Assembly: GCA_963808625.1 (NCBI GenBank)
Contig: CAWEHK010000023.1
Coordinates: forward strand, 32,687-96,686
Reading direction: 5' to 3'
Source: an uncultured delta proteobacterium
GTDB taxonomy: Bacteria > Desulfobacterota > Syntrophobacteria > Syntrophobacterales > Syntrophobacteraceae
DNA length: 64,000 nt
The notes beneath the pieces are model-generated. The model saw only the letters and a list, made by a program, of their open reading frames with translations, had not been told where the DNA came from and ran no database searches. The position numbers and the translations under genes were made by a program. Shown in pieces: positions 9,571 through 19,036 of this stretch. The stretch's first letter is position 1; each line of letters opens with the position of its first letter.

Positions 9571-12500
9571 TCAAGTCAGGCTCCCCAAAGCTTCCTTTGC
9601 TTTCTGCAAATAGAGATCGGCCTCGCATTCCTCAAACGTGTGCACCGCGCCGGCCAGGCATTCCCGGGCTTGTGGATATCGGCCTTTGGCCCTGTGCAGC
9701 AACCCCAGCGTCAAACTGGCGCGTCCCAAAGTGTCTCTTGCTCCCATCTCCGTGGCAACCTCGATGGCGTTGGTCAAATGCTGCAAAGCCTTCCGGTCGG
9801 CGAAGGGAGCCTTGGTGATCAAGAAACCAAGGTTCCTGAAAAGGATGGACCATTTCTTTTCCCCGGCACCCTGGGCGATAGCCGCATAAATTCTGCCCAT
9901 AACCAGTTGCGAAACGGCATAACGCAATTTGCTGCCGGACTGCAACCAGATTTCAGCAATTTCTTCCAGGTATTTCATGCCCTTGCTGAGCTCACCATGG
10001 GCCACCAGCACTGCTCCCAACAGAAACTTGGCCGGCGTCCCGACATATTCGGCGCCACGTTCTTCGCTAAACGAGATCATCCGCTCCAACGTCTCCTGCT
10101 GCCCGTCATAATCGCCATGGGCGATGCGTGCATAGGAGAGCGCCAAACTTGGAAACTGGGAATACCAGGGATCGGCCGAAGTCCGAATCGCCTCTTCAAA
10201 ACATGAGGTCGCCGCAGCTATATCCCCACCAATCATATGGCTGTATCCCATGAAGCAGCAGCCCATGACCATACTGCGAACATTGGAGTGCTTCCGGCCA
10301 AAATCCAGAAGGGTCTGTCCATGCTCAAAAGCCTTGCGTGTTTCCCCCCGGTGAAAATGCACGTACGCCAGACCCGCGAGAGAATTAAAATAAAGGAAGT
10401 GGTCCACATCGGCCGCCTGGCACAGCACCTGAGCTTTGCCAGCAAACCTTGCAGCCTCATCCAGGCGTCCCAACTCCATCGATGTCCAGGTCAGCCAGGT
10501 GTAGGCATAACCCATCAGCAACTGGTCCCCGGCCTCTTCGCCCAGCTTAAGCGCGCGGGAAAGATACTCATAGGCCTCGCGCCCCATCTCGCGATGCCAC
10601 ATGGCACAACTGAGCCAGGCGTAGTACATCCCCAGCTGGCTCTGGTCGGTCAAGGTCTCAGCGAGAGCCTGGTGCTCTTCGAGCAATTCCTGAAGTTTTC
10701 TATACTCTCCGCCGTAGTAATAGACGAACGCCCACTTAATCAGGACGTCGACCAGCAGGTCCTTGTCGGCTTCATCCCCGGCACCGTTCTCAGTGAGCAG
10801 CGCATAAGCCTCCCGGAAATACTGGTGGGACTCCTCCAGCGCATATCTTCTCAAGCTCTTTTCCCCGGACTTCACCAGGTAATCGACGGCTTTGCGAACG
10901 GAGTGGCCCTTCTTATAATGAAAGGCCAGCGTTTCATACATTTCGGGAAGGCGGTCACAAAACACCTCCTCCATCGCCTGACCGATCCGCTCGTGGACAG
11001 CCTGTCGCTCCTTCTTCAGGAGCCCGTTGTAAACCACTTCCTGAGTCAAGGCGTGCTTGAAAGTATACTCAAGGTCAGGGTGAATGGATTTGGTGCGGAT
11101 CAGGTCAAGCTGTTCCAGGCCACCGAGACAATCCTGGAGGTAGTCTTTGGGCTCGGAAATACGTTCAATGATTGCATAATGGAAATTCCTCCCGATAACT
11201 GAAGCTTCTTGTAGTGCCCTCTTCATCTTCACGTTCAGGCGGTCAACCCTCGCCGCAATAACGCCGTGGATGGTTGGGGAGATGCCGGATTCGCTCAACC
11301 CTCTCGTGAGTTTCCAGCTCCCATCGTCCTGTACCAGGGTCTCTGATTCAATCAAAGAGTTGACCACCTCTTCCAGATAGAAAGGATTGCCCTCGGTCTT
11401 TTCGTGAATGAATTGCTTTAACTCAAGGGGAATCGTCCTGATCCTCAGGAGAGATTCCATCATTTGTTGAGCTTCAGCAGGAGAGAGGTCCTGTAAGTGA
11501 ATCTCGTGGCGCGAATTCCCTGCAATATTAAGCTGCTCGCTCGTGAACAGCTTGAAAGGAGGTCTGTAGATGCAGAGGAAAATGGCAGGAATGGTCGCAT
11601 CGGACAGAATAAACCGTAGGAGATCCAGGGAGGGTGGATCTGCCCAATGAAGGTCTTCCAGGCAAATGACCGTTGCTCTCGCGTTGGCGGAAGCCGCGAG
11701 AATATTCCTGATGGCCTCAAGCAACTGCGCCTTCCACAACTCGGGACTCACACTTTCGAATCCGGGAAGGTTCGGATCATAAAGATTACCAATCACTGAG
11801 CAGACGTTCTCTGTTGCGCCCAAGATCCCGTACACACACAACTCGATCTTTCGCCTGATGAACTCTGGCGAGTCTTGTTCGTCGATTTTCCAGATCCGGT
11901 TTAGGAGATCGATCAAGGGCCAATAGGGAATATTCTGGGTGTAACCGTAACAATGAGCTCCAATCCATTGAAATTGCTTTCTATCCAGAGTCGCTCTGAA
12001 TTCCTCAACAAGTCTGGTCTTTCCGGTGCCGGGGTCACCGCAGATAGAGACGATCGAACGCTGTCCCTGCTGCAGCCTTTCAACAGCCTTTGCAAACAGA
12101 GTCATTTCGGATTCACGGCCAACAAGCTTAGCCTGCAATCGATGGGGATGGCGGATTTCCTCTGGTGTTTCCCTGGGTGTTAAGAGCTCGTAAGCCTCCA
12201 CTAGTTCTGCTTTCCCTTTGACTTCAAGCAGTTCGCATTGTTTGAAAGTGAAATATGGCTGCGCTGGATGATGAGTGTCGGACCCGACAAGGATACTCCC
12301 AGCTTTGGCCAGAGAGCACAGCCTCGAGGCCACATTGACCGTGTCGCCGGTAAGCTCACCTGCCGCTTTGTCAGAATCGAGCCCACTTATAACCACAAGC
12401 CCGCTATTGATGCCGGTATGCATGGCCAAAGGCCCGCCGATCTTGGTTTGATAATCCGGGCTCATCGCTTCAACAGCAGTGTGAATTTGCGTGGCTGTTC

Positions 12501-12846
12501 TGATCGCCCGCACGGCATCGTCTTCGTGGCTGTTGGGAAAGCCGAAGAGGATCATGGCGGCATCACCCAGGAATCTGCCAATAGTGCCATCGTATTTCTT
12601 CACAATCCGGGTGATGGCCTCGAAGATCCGGCTCATGATCTCCTTCACTTCTTCCGGGTCCAGTTCCTCGGTCATGCGGGTATAACCGCTCAGATCGGAG
12701 AACATAACGGTGACTTGTTTGCGTTCACCGGTGATTGATGGGATTATCCCCTCGAATGCCAACGCAGCATGTAACAGCGTAATCCCGCATTCCCCACAGA
12801 ACTTTGCTTCATCTCGACTGTCAAAGTGGCAGTTTGGACAACTCAC
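9571..12846 (-). CDS. Zn-ribbon + class III adenylate/guanylate cyclase + STAND/AAA ATPase + TPR protein
   Basis: CPNC..CGEC, ERKQVTVMFSDLSG, FLGD, GDTVNVASRL, Walker A GDPGTGKT, Walker B LEDLHW, helical repeats. Confidence 0.9.
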   Translation of the reverse strand: MSCPNCHFDSRDEAKFCGECGITLLHAALAFEGIIPSITGERKQVTVMFSDLSGYTRMTEELDPEEVKEIMSRIFEAITRIVKKYDGTIGRFLGDAAMILFGFPNSHEDDAVRAIRTATQIHTAVEAMSPDYQTKIGGPLAMHTGINSGLVVISGLDSDKAAGELTGDTVNVASRLCSLAKAGSILVGSDTHHPAQPYFTFKQCELLEVKGKAELVEAYELLTPRETPEEIRHPHRLQAKLVGRESEMTLFAKAVERLQQGQRSIVSICGDPGTGKTRLVEEFRATLDRKQFQWIGAHCYGYTQNIPYWPLIDLLNRIWKIDEQDSPEFIRRKIELCVYGILGATENVCSVIGNLYDPNLPGFESVSPELWKAQLLEAIRNILAASANARATVICLEDLHWADPPSLDLLRFILSDATIPAIFLCIYRPPFKLFTSEQLNIAGNSRHEIHLQDLSPAEAQQMMESLLRIRTIPLELKQFIHEKTEGNPFYLEEVVNSLIESETLVQDDGSWKLTRGLSESGISPTIHGVIAARVDRLNVKMKRALQEASVIGRNFHYAIIERISEPKDYLQDCLGGLEQLDLIRTKSIHPDLEYTFKHALTQEVVYNGLLKKERQAVHERIGQAMEEVFCDRLPEMYETLAFHYKKGHSVRKAVDYLVKSGEKSLRRYALEESHQYFREAYALLTENGAGDEADKDLLVDVLIKWAFVYYYGGEYRKLQELLEEHQALAETLTDQSQLGMYYAWLSCAMWHREMGREAYEYLSRALKLGEEAGDQLLMGYAYTWLTWTSMELGRLDEAARFAGKAQVLCQAADVDHFLYFNSLAGLAYVHFHRGETRKAFEHGQTLLDFGRKHSNVRSMVMGCCFMGYSHMIGGDIAAATSCFEEAIRTSADPWYSQFPSLALSYARIAHGDYDGQQETLERMISFSEERGAEYVGTPAKFLLGAVLVAHGELSKGMKYLEEIAEIWLQSGSKLRYAVSQLVMGRIYAAIAQGAGEKKWSILFRNLGFLITKAPFADRKALQHLTNAIEVATEMGARDTLGRASLTLGLLHRAKGRYPQARECLAGAVHTFEECEADLYLQKAKEALGSLT

Positions 12847-13063
12847 AAGGACCCCCAGAAGACCTCAAAAAATAAATGATTCAAGCGATATTGGCGTTTC
12901 TCAAATCCTCTTGACCTTTACTGGTAACGCCGCACAATTAGATCTACTTGTAATTCCTCCCTGCCATTGTCTTTCCGCATAGAAGGGCATCTCTATAATA
13001 AACTCCAATTGGTTTTCTTGATCATAGTGTCCACCTTTGTCTTCCTTTATTGGCAATTGGTCT

Positions 13064-13104
13064 AAAAAAGAAAAAGCCGAATTACCCTCTTCCAGGTAAC
13101 CCGG
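13064..13104 (-). terminator. Intrinsic terminator of the riboswitch expression platform
   Basis: Minus strand gccgggttacc-tggaagag-ggtaattcggc followed by tttttctttttt; overlaps the aptamer 3' end. Confidence 0.7.
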
Positions 13105-13172
13105 CCCGGCTGTCTTTATAACCCCTGGTTTCCCGTCCCCACCTCATGATGGGTTTGGTTTTTCTTTGTTAT
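13095..13172 (-). ncRNA. GEMM-I (c-di-GMP-I / cGAMP) riboswitch
   Basis: Minus strand ACCAAACCCATC-ATGA-GGTGGGGACGGGAAACC...GACAGCCGGG..GTTACC matches GEMM-I P2/P3 architecture. Confidence 0.75.
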
Positions 13173-13676
13173 TGTATGTAGCACGGATGAACGGATGCTC
13201 CAATAGGGCAAAATGCGTAGTTCATTGGAGGAAAGACTGTAGTTGAGGGGGCGGGTTCCTCTACAATCGAAAGTTGGTATAGGCATCGGTAAAAGGAATC
13301 AGAAGGAGTTGTCGAAGTATTATAAACCGTTACACCTGGAGCAAAGGAGACTACCGATATCTGCCTTGAAGAGCCAAAAACCAAATCGTCAGAAGTTCAA
13401 GATTCAAAAACCATATCCTTCATATTTTGATTGAACCTCGCAGCCTTGGCTGGGATTGAGATCCATGAGGACTCGCCCCAGCCAACGGGGACTACTTAAC
13501 CGTAGAGGTCTTCAATCCATCTTTTTGCCTCAGCATCATTGACCTTCCCGAGAATATCTCTGCGTCGTGGCTAAATCTAATGGACCAGAAGCAAATAATC
13601 ACATAAATAACTTAATAAAATCCATATTAATATATTATTACTTTTAACTAAGTCTAATAAATATAATATTTACGTA

Positions 13677-13704
13677 TTGACAATATGAATAAGACCCTTA
13701 TTTT
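13677..13704 (+). promoter_or_regulatory. Putative sigma70 promoter of the ADH gene
   Basis: TTGACA-16 nt-TATTTT within a very AT-rich tract upstream of the RBS AGGAG. Confidence 0.45.
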
Positions 13705-13812
13705 AGATTAGTAAGATATTTCATAGATATTTAAATTTCGTGTTTTCATGATGATTGTCCGGATTAACTTTGGACAAAAAAACTAAACAAGATCCTGAGA
13801 AGGAGAAACACC

Positions 13813-14979
13813 ATGGCAGTTGGCGAACAAGTATTCGGATTTTTCATTCCTACGGTTACCCTGATGGGCGTAGGCGCTCACAAAGAAATCGGCAAGCAGG
13901 TAAAGGTTCTTGGCGGCAAGAAGCCTTTTATCTGTACCGACAAGGGCCTTACCAAGTTCGGCGTGACCCAGCAGATCGTTGACCTGGTCAAGCAGGATGC
14001 GGGCGTTGATTGCGTGGTATTTGATGAAACCGTGCCCAACCCGACCGACACGAACGTTCATGACGGCCTCAAGGTTTTCCAGGACAAGAAGTGCGACCTG
14101 ATCATCTCCCTCGGTGGCGGCAGCTCCCATGACTGCGCCAAGGGGATCGGCATCGTTTCCACCAACGGCGGCAATATCCGGGACTACGAAGGCGTTGACA
14201 AATCCACCAAGCCCATGCCGCCTTTCATTGCCATCAACACCACCGCCGGCACGGCCAGCGAAATGACCCGCTTCTGCATCATCACCAATACCAGCAACCA
14301 CGTGAAAATGGCTATCGTTGACTGGCGGGTAACCCCCAACCTGGCGATCAACGATCCTTTGCTCATGGCCGGCATGCCTCCCGCACTGACCGCGGCCACC
14401 GGAATGGACGCCCTGACCCACGCCGTTGAAGCCTATGTTTCGATCATCGCCACTCCGGTAACCGACGCCTGTGCGATTAAGGCGATCGAGTTGATCGCCG
14501 GCAACCTCCGGGCCGCCGTGGCCAACGGCGCCGACATGCTCGCCCGCGACAACATGGGGTATGCCGAATACCTGGCAGGCATGGCGTTCAACAATGCCAG
14601 CCTGGGCCACGTGCATGCCATGGCTCACCAGTTGGGTGGTTTCTACAACCTGCCTCATGGTGTCTGCAACGCCATCCTCCTTCCCCACGTTGAGAGATTC
14701 AACCTGATTGCTAAAGTTGAGCGTTTCGTCGATATCGCCAAGGCCATGGGCGAGAACGTGGAAGGTTTGGCGCCTCGTGATGCGGCTGAAAAAGCCCTCG
14801 AGGCGATCAAGAAACTCTCGGCTGATGTCGGTATTCCCAGCGGCTTGACGGAACTGGGAGTCAAAGAGAAAGACCTCAAGACGATGGCTGAAAATGCTCA
14901 GAAGGATGCCTGTGGGTTCACCAATCCTCGCTGCCCCACCCTGGATGATGTGATCCAGATCTACAAGTGGGCGATGTAA
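13813..14979 (+). CDS. Iron-containing alcohol dehydrogenase
   Basis: GGGSSHD, NTTAGTASE, GMDALTHA.E, HAMAH, LPHGVCNA. Confidence 0.95.
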   Translation: MAVGEQVFGFFIPTVTLMGVGAHKEIGKQVKVLGGKKPFICTDKGLTKFGVTQQIVDLVKQDAGVDCVVFDETVPNPTDTNVHDGLKVFQDKKCDLIISLGGGSSHDCAKGIGIVSTNGGNIRDYEGVDKSTKPMPPFIAINTTAGTASEMTRFCIITNTSNHVKMAIVDWRVTPNLAINDPLLMAGMPPALTAATGMDALTHAVEAYVSIIATPVTDACAIKAIELIAGNLRAAVANGADMLARDNMGYAEYLAGMAFNNASLGHVHAMAHQLGGFYNLPHGVCNAILLPHVERFNLIAKVERFVDIAKAMGENVEGLAPRDAAEKALEAIKKLSADVGIPSGLTELGVKEKDLKTMAENAQKDACGFTNPRCPTLDDVIQIYKWAM

Positions 14980-15008
14980 TCTACCGCACGCTGTAGGACG
15001 TTGAAGCG

Positions 15009-15042
15009 ATTGGGGGGAGGCCGGCGCGGTCTTACCCCCAAT
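15009..15042 (+). terminator. Stem-loop downstream of ADH
   Basis: ttggggggaggcc..ggtcttaccccaa inverted repeat; poor U-tract. Confidence 0.4.
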
Positions 15043-15124
15043 CCGTCACCATGCCGCAAACTCCAGGGGTAAGGAAGAATAGTCAGAATCGATACGAAAA
15101 CCTATGACATACAAGGAGGAGAGT

Positions 15125-16213
15125 ATGCGGAAAAGAATGGCATTTTTTTCCTTGGCAGTTCTCTTTGCTCTTGTGGTTATGGCTGGCTCCGCCGGGGCTG
15201 CAGCGGTAGCCAACACGTCCCAGAAGGGGAGCCTTCTGATTTTCCCGAAGATCGTTGCTAAAGGAAGTCAAACCACTGGTGAAGCCATCGTGGATACCAT
15301 CATCTACATCGGCAACGACAGCAATATGGAAGTCTGGCTGAAGTGCTTCTGGGTGCCGGAGGACGGAGGTCCCATTGATTTTCTGTTTAAATTGGCTCCC
15401 AACCAGCCAGCCGCCTTTTCCGCCTGGACCGGCCTGGGAACGGTCTTGGCTCCGCCATTTTTTGGAGGTGAGGGTGAATTGGTGTGCTGGGCAACTGATC
15501 CTGGCGCTACCACACAGATTCAATTCAACCACCTATATGGCAGCATCCTGATCAAATCTCCCTTCGCCCTTGTGGGTTCCAACGCCTGGTCGTTTCGAGC
15601 CCTAAAAGATCCCAGCCCCGCCAAGGGAGGAATTCCGGGCAAGTTGCCGCTTGATGGTGTGACTTATGATGCCTGCCCCCAGTATCTGGTCGCCAACTTC
15701 TCGCCGGCGGAACAATTGCCGATGGGCCTTGAACCGGACCTGACTCTGTCTCTCTGCCGAAAGAATTTACGCAGTTATGAAATCCTTCCTTGCGCGAAAG
15801 CCAAATTCGAGATCTGGAACGCCGACGAATCGAAGTTCAACGGCGCCTATCAGTGCCTGAGATGGTGGTATGAAGGACTGCTCGACCGGATGGGAAACGA
15901 CCCAAACCAACACGGGCCAGGATCTGGCGGAGATAAATTTGCTTTTGGTTCACTCAAGACCTTTGCGGCCCGGTTCCAAGTTCGGGGCGTCTATGGCGCC
16001 GGATGCGCTGGTAAGACCGACGGTTGTTATCCCGCTTCCTGGGGAGACAAGGGAAAAACCACCCCCTTCGTCGGCCTTATGCTTTATTCATTTACCATAC
16101 GTTCTGATGATACCTTGATTACCATCCCTTATACGGCATACACGCTCAATGGGGCATTTGCCGATACGTCCGGCATCATCCTGTGGAATCCGAGCCAGGT
16201 GATTCCTGAATAG
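15125..16213 (+). CDS. Secreted Cys-rich protein of unknown function
   Basis: RBS AGGAGG, Sec-type signal peptide, ANTSQKGSLLIFPKI start of the mature chain; paralog at 8860. Confidence 0.8.
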   Translation: MRKRMAFFSLAVLFALVVMAGSAGAAAVANTSQKGSLLIFPKIVAKGSQTTGEAIVDTIIYIGNDSNMEVWLKCFWVPEDGGPIDFLFKLAPNQPAAFSAWTGLGTVLAPPFFGGEGELVCWATDPGATTQIQFNHLYGSILIKSPFALVGSNAWSFRALKDPSPAKGGIPGKLPLDGVTYDACPQYLVANFSPAEQLPMGLEPDLTLSLCRKNLRSYEILPCAKAKFEIWNADESKFNGAYQCLRWWYEGLLDRMGNDPNQHGPGSGGDKFAFGSLKTFAARFQVRGVYGAGCAGKTDGCYPASWGDKGKTTPFVGLMLYSFTIRSDDTLITIPYTAYTLNGAFADTSGIILWNPSQVIPE

Positions 16214-16417
16214 GCGCCAAGGCGCTAAGAGGATTTGCTCCACACGATCAAGAAGCAAGGGATTGGAACCGGTCTTCATTCCCTTGCGTTTCTTCAGCAA
16301 TTCGTCGAACTGAGTGGACGGTCACCTCATCACAGAACGATATCGTCAACAAATGGTCGGCGTTCTCAACAGACTCGCATCAGTCCACGGTATGAGCTTC
16401 AGCCTCGCGAAAGGGAC

Positions 16418-17190
16418 CTATGGCGATAGCTCTCTAACTGATGCACTTTCTCTAAGAGAATCTGACTGGAGAATGACTCCCTGATCGCCCACGGCAACGA
16501 ACGATTTATTGTCAAAGGTTATCGCATTCATAAACGTTGCACCAACTCCAGCCGATCCCTGAGTCCAAAGCTTCCCGTCTGGCGATGTGAGGCGGAACCG
16601 TCTACTCTTATTGCAAGGAATGTTTTGTTGCCGTAAGCAATTCGGTAGATTCTTTTATCACTGGTTCCAAAAAATCTGTTTGTCCATGTTCTTCCGTTTT
16701 TTGATGTAAGAATCGTGCCCTCTTCGCCAACCGCAACGAATATTCCGTTGCCGTAGGCTATGTCATAGAGCCCCTTGGCAATTCCTGATGATGTTTTGGC
16801 CCATTGTATCCCGTCTGGTGATGCGACGATGGTGTCGCACTTCTTCTGACGGTCGTACCTAACACCTACAAATACTTTATTGCCATAGGCCATTATTTGA
16901 TGTGGTTGATTCGTGGCATACCGATATGTCCACGTTTTCGCGTCTGTGGAAGTCCAAAGTTCGTGGTACAGCGTCTCCGTGTTGTCTCCATACCAAGATG
17001 ATGTGGCAACAAATGTCTTATTGCCATAGACTATAGCGTTGAAGTATCCTTCACCCCCACTGGTATTCGTCCAGAGTCTCCCATCCTGGGAGGTGATAAT
17101 TGTCCCGCCATCACCAAAAGCAACGAGGGTGTGATTACCGCAGGCTATGCCCCCTAGGTCGTAGTACCCCGTGTGGTAGCTCCAGTCGGG
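16418..17190 (-). pseudogene. 5'-truncated beta-propeller (BNR/YVTN-like repeat) protein
   Basis: Repeats IAYGN..FVAVG..GTILTS.DG..WT; continues after a frameshift to ..GDQGVILQSD..; 5' end replaced by IS66 sequence. Confidence 0.7.
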
Positions 17191-18457
17191 ACCTGCCAAA
17201 GAAATCTTACGCCGGACCTGATTCGTTTTATCCTCTATCAGCACCACCATTGCCACGTGACCCAACCCCTTTTGCTGGAGCAACTGTGCGAACTGGGTAT
17301 AGACATTTCCGCAGGGCAGATCAGCAATATCCTCATCGAGGGAAAGGACGATTTCCACCAGGAAAAGGATGCTGTTCTGGCGGTTGGCCTTGAAGTGTCG
17401 AGTTATGTGAGCGTCGATGATACGGGAGCGCGTCATCAAGGGAAAAACGGCTACTGTACGCATATTGGAAACGAGTGGTTTTCCTGGTTTGAAAGCACAC
17501 CCACTAAGAGTCGGATCAACTTTCTGCGGCTGCTTCGGGCTGGACGCACGGATTATGTCATTAATAGTGATGCTGTGGCCTACTGGGAAGCGCATAAACT
17601 GCCACGGGCAGTACTCGATCTTTTGTCCGTGGATCAGCCCAGAGTTTTTGCCGATGACGCTCAGTGGGAACAATATTTGAAGGAAAAAGGCGTTCAAGGC
17701 GCTCGGCACATACAAATTGCCACGGAAGGCGCATTGATCGGGACCATCATTGAACACGGTATTTCAAGGAATTTGGTTGTTGTCAGTGATGATGCCGGTC
17801 AGTTCGATGTTCTGTTACACGGTCTTTGCTGGATACACGCCGAAAGAAGCATCAACAAAATCATTCCAATGAGCGAGCAGGGCAGAGACGATTTGGAACA
17901 GATACGCAAGCAGCTCTGGCAACTTTATGCGGACCTCAAAGCCTACAAGGTGAATCCCCAACCGGCCGAGGCGGAACGTCTGGATCGGGTTTTTGATCAG
18001 ATTTTCACGACGAAAACTCATAGTGTGTCATTAAACAACGCCCTCAAACGAATTTACGAGAACAAGTCTGAGCTTCTGTTGGTGTTGCGACACCCGGAAA
18101 TCCCGTTGCATAATAATCTCAGCGAAAACGCCATCCGCGAGTATGCGCAAAGACGGAAGATAAGCGGGGGAACACGAAGCGAAGCCGGTCGACGCAGTCG
18201 AGATACATTCACCACCTTAAAGAAGACATGCCGAAAACTTGGTGTTTCTTTTTGGCACTACCTCGGCGACCGGCTTGGCAAAATCGCATCCATTCCAAAG
18301 CTTGGCTGATCTGATTCGCTGCCGAGCCCTCGAACGGGGATAAAGAAACCTGACTTCTCCAAAACATTTGGGCTCCCTCCTCACACAACAACACGCGCTG
18401 TGGGCCCATTTCATCATCCATCTCCATACTTCATACCCGCACTTATTGAGAAGTTAC
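17190..18457 (+). mobile_element. IS66-family element, left part missing
   Basis: Transposase motifs VDDTGARH, SDDAGQF, LCWIHAER, PLHNNLSE, GGTRS..G; right end ..CTTATTGAGAAGTTAC (GTAA-type IR). Confidence 0.85.
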
Positions 18458-18550
18458 GTTTCCATACCTCCATGAGACGACCCCCCACCGTCGTTAGGTG
18501 GTCTACTCAGGGAGAAGAGGAGTTGGAGGGAAGAACAGGAGGAGGAGAGC

Positions 18551-18934
18551 ATGGCTAAGATTTTGATTGCAGACGATGAGCCTCAAGTCAGGGAAATGCT
18601 TGAAGAGACCCTTGAAGAGCTTCATGATCAGGGGGTCGAGCTGATCATTGCCGGCAACGGGATGGAAGCCCTGGAGGCGATCCGCCAATACCGGCCCGAG
18701 CTGGTCTTCCTCAACGTGCTGATGCCGAAGATGAATGGTCTCGAGGTATGTGATGCAACCAAAAACCAACTCGGGCTGAAAGACGTTCACATCGTCATGC
18801 TTGCCTCACCGGGGCAGGAATATGAACACCAGCGGCTGAGGGAAGTGGGAGCCGACGACTTCATCGAGAAGCCCCTCGATCCTGACAAAGTGTATGAAAT
18901 GGCTGCAGCAGCCCTGGGGCTGTCGGGGATATGA
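18551..18934 (+). CDS. Single-domain receiver protein, atypical
   Basis: KILIADDE...LVFLNVLMPKMNG...EKP; Asn at the phospho-Asp position. Confidence 0.85.
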   Translation: MAKILIADDEPQVREMLEETLEELHDQGVELIIAGNGMEALEAIRQYRPELVFLNVLMPKMNGLEVCDATKNQLGLKDVHIVMLASPGQEYEHQRLREVGADDFIEKPLDPDKVYEMAAAALGLSGI

Positions 18935-19036
18935 TCTGAACCAACAGGGAGGCACGCGGCGAGGGACAAGGAGGCACGAGTAAGAGAGGAAGCAGTGACC
19001 TGTCGAAAATAGATCATCTCCTGATCAGTTTAGGCA

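Noticed and set aside
16528..17757. 409-aa ORF as a real single protein
   Set aside because: It is a chimera of IS66 antisense sequence and the propeller remnant.
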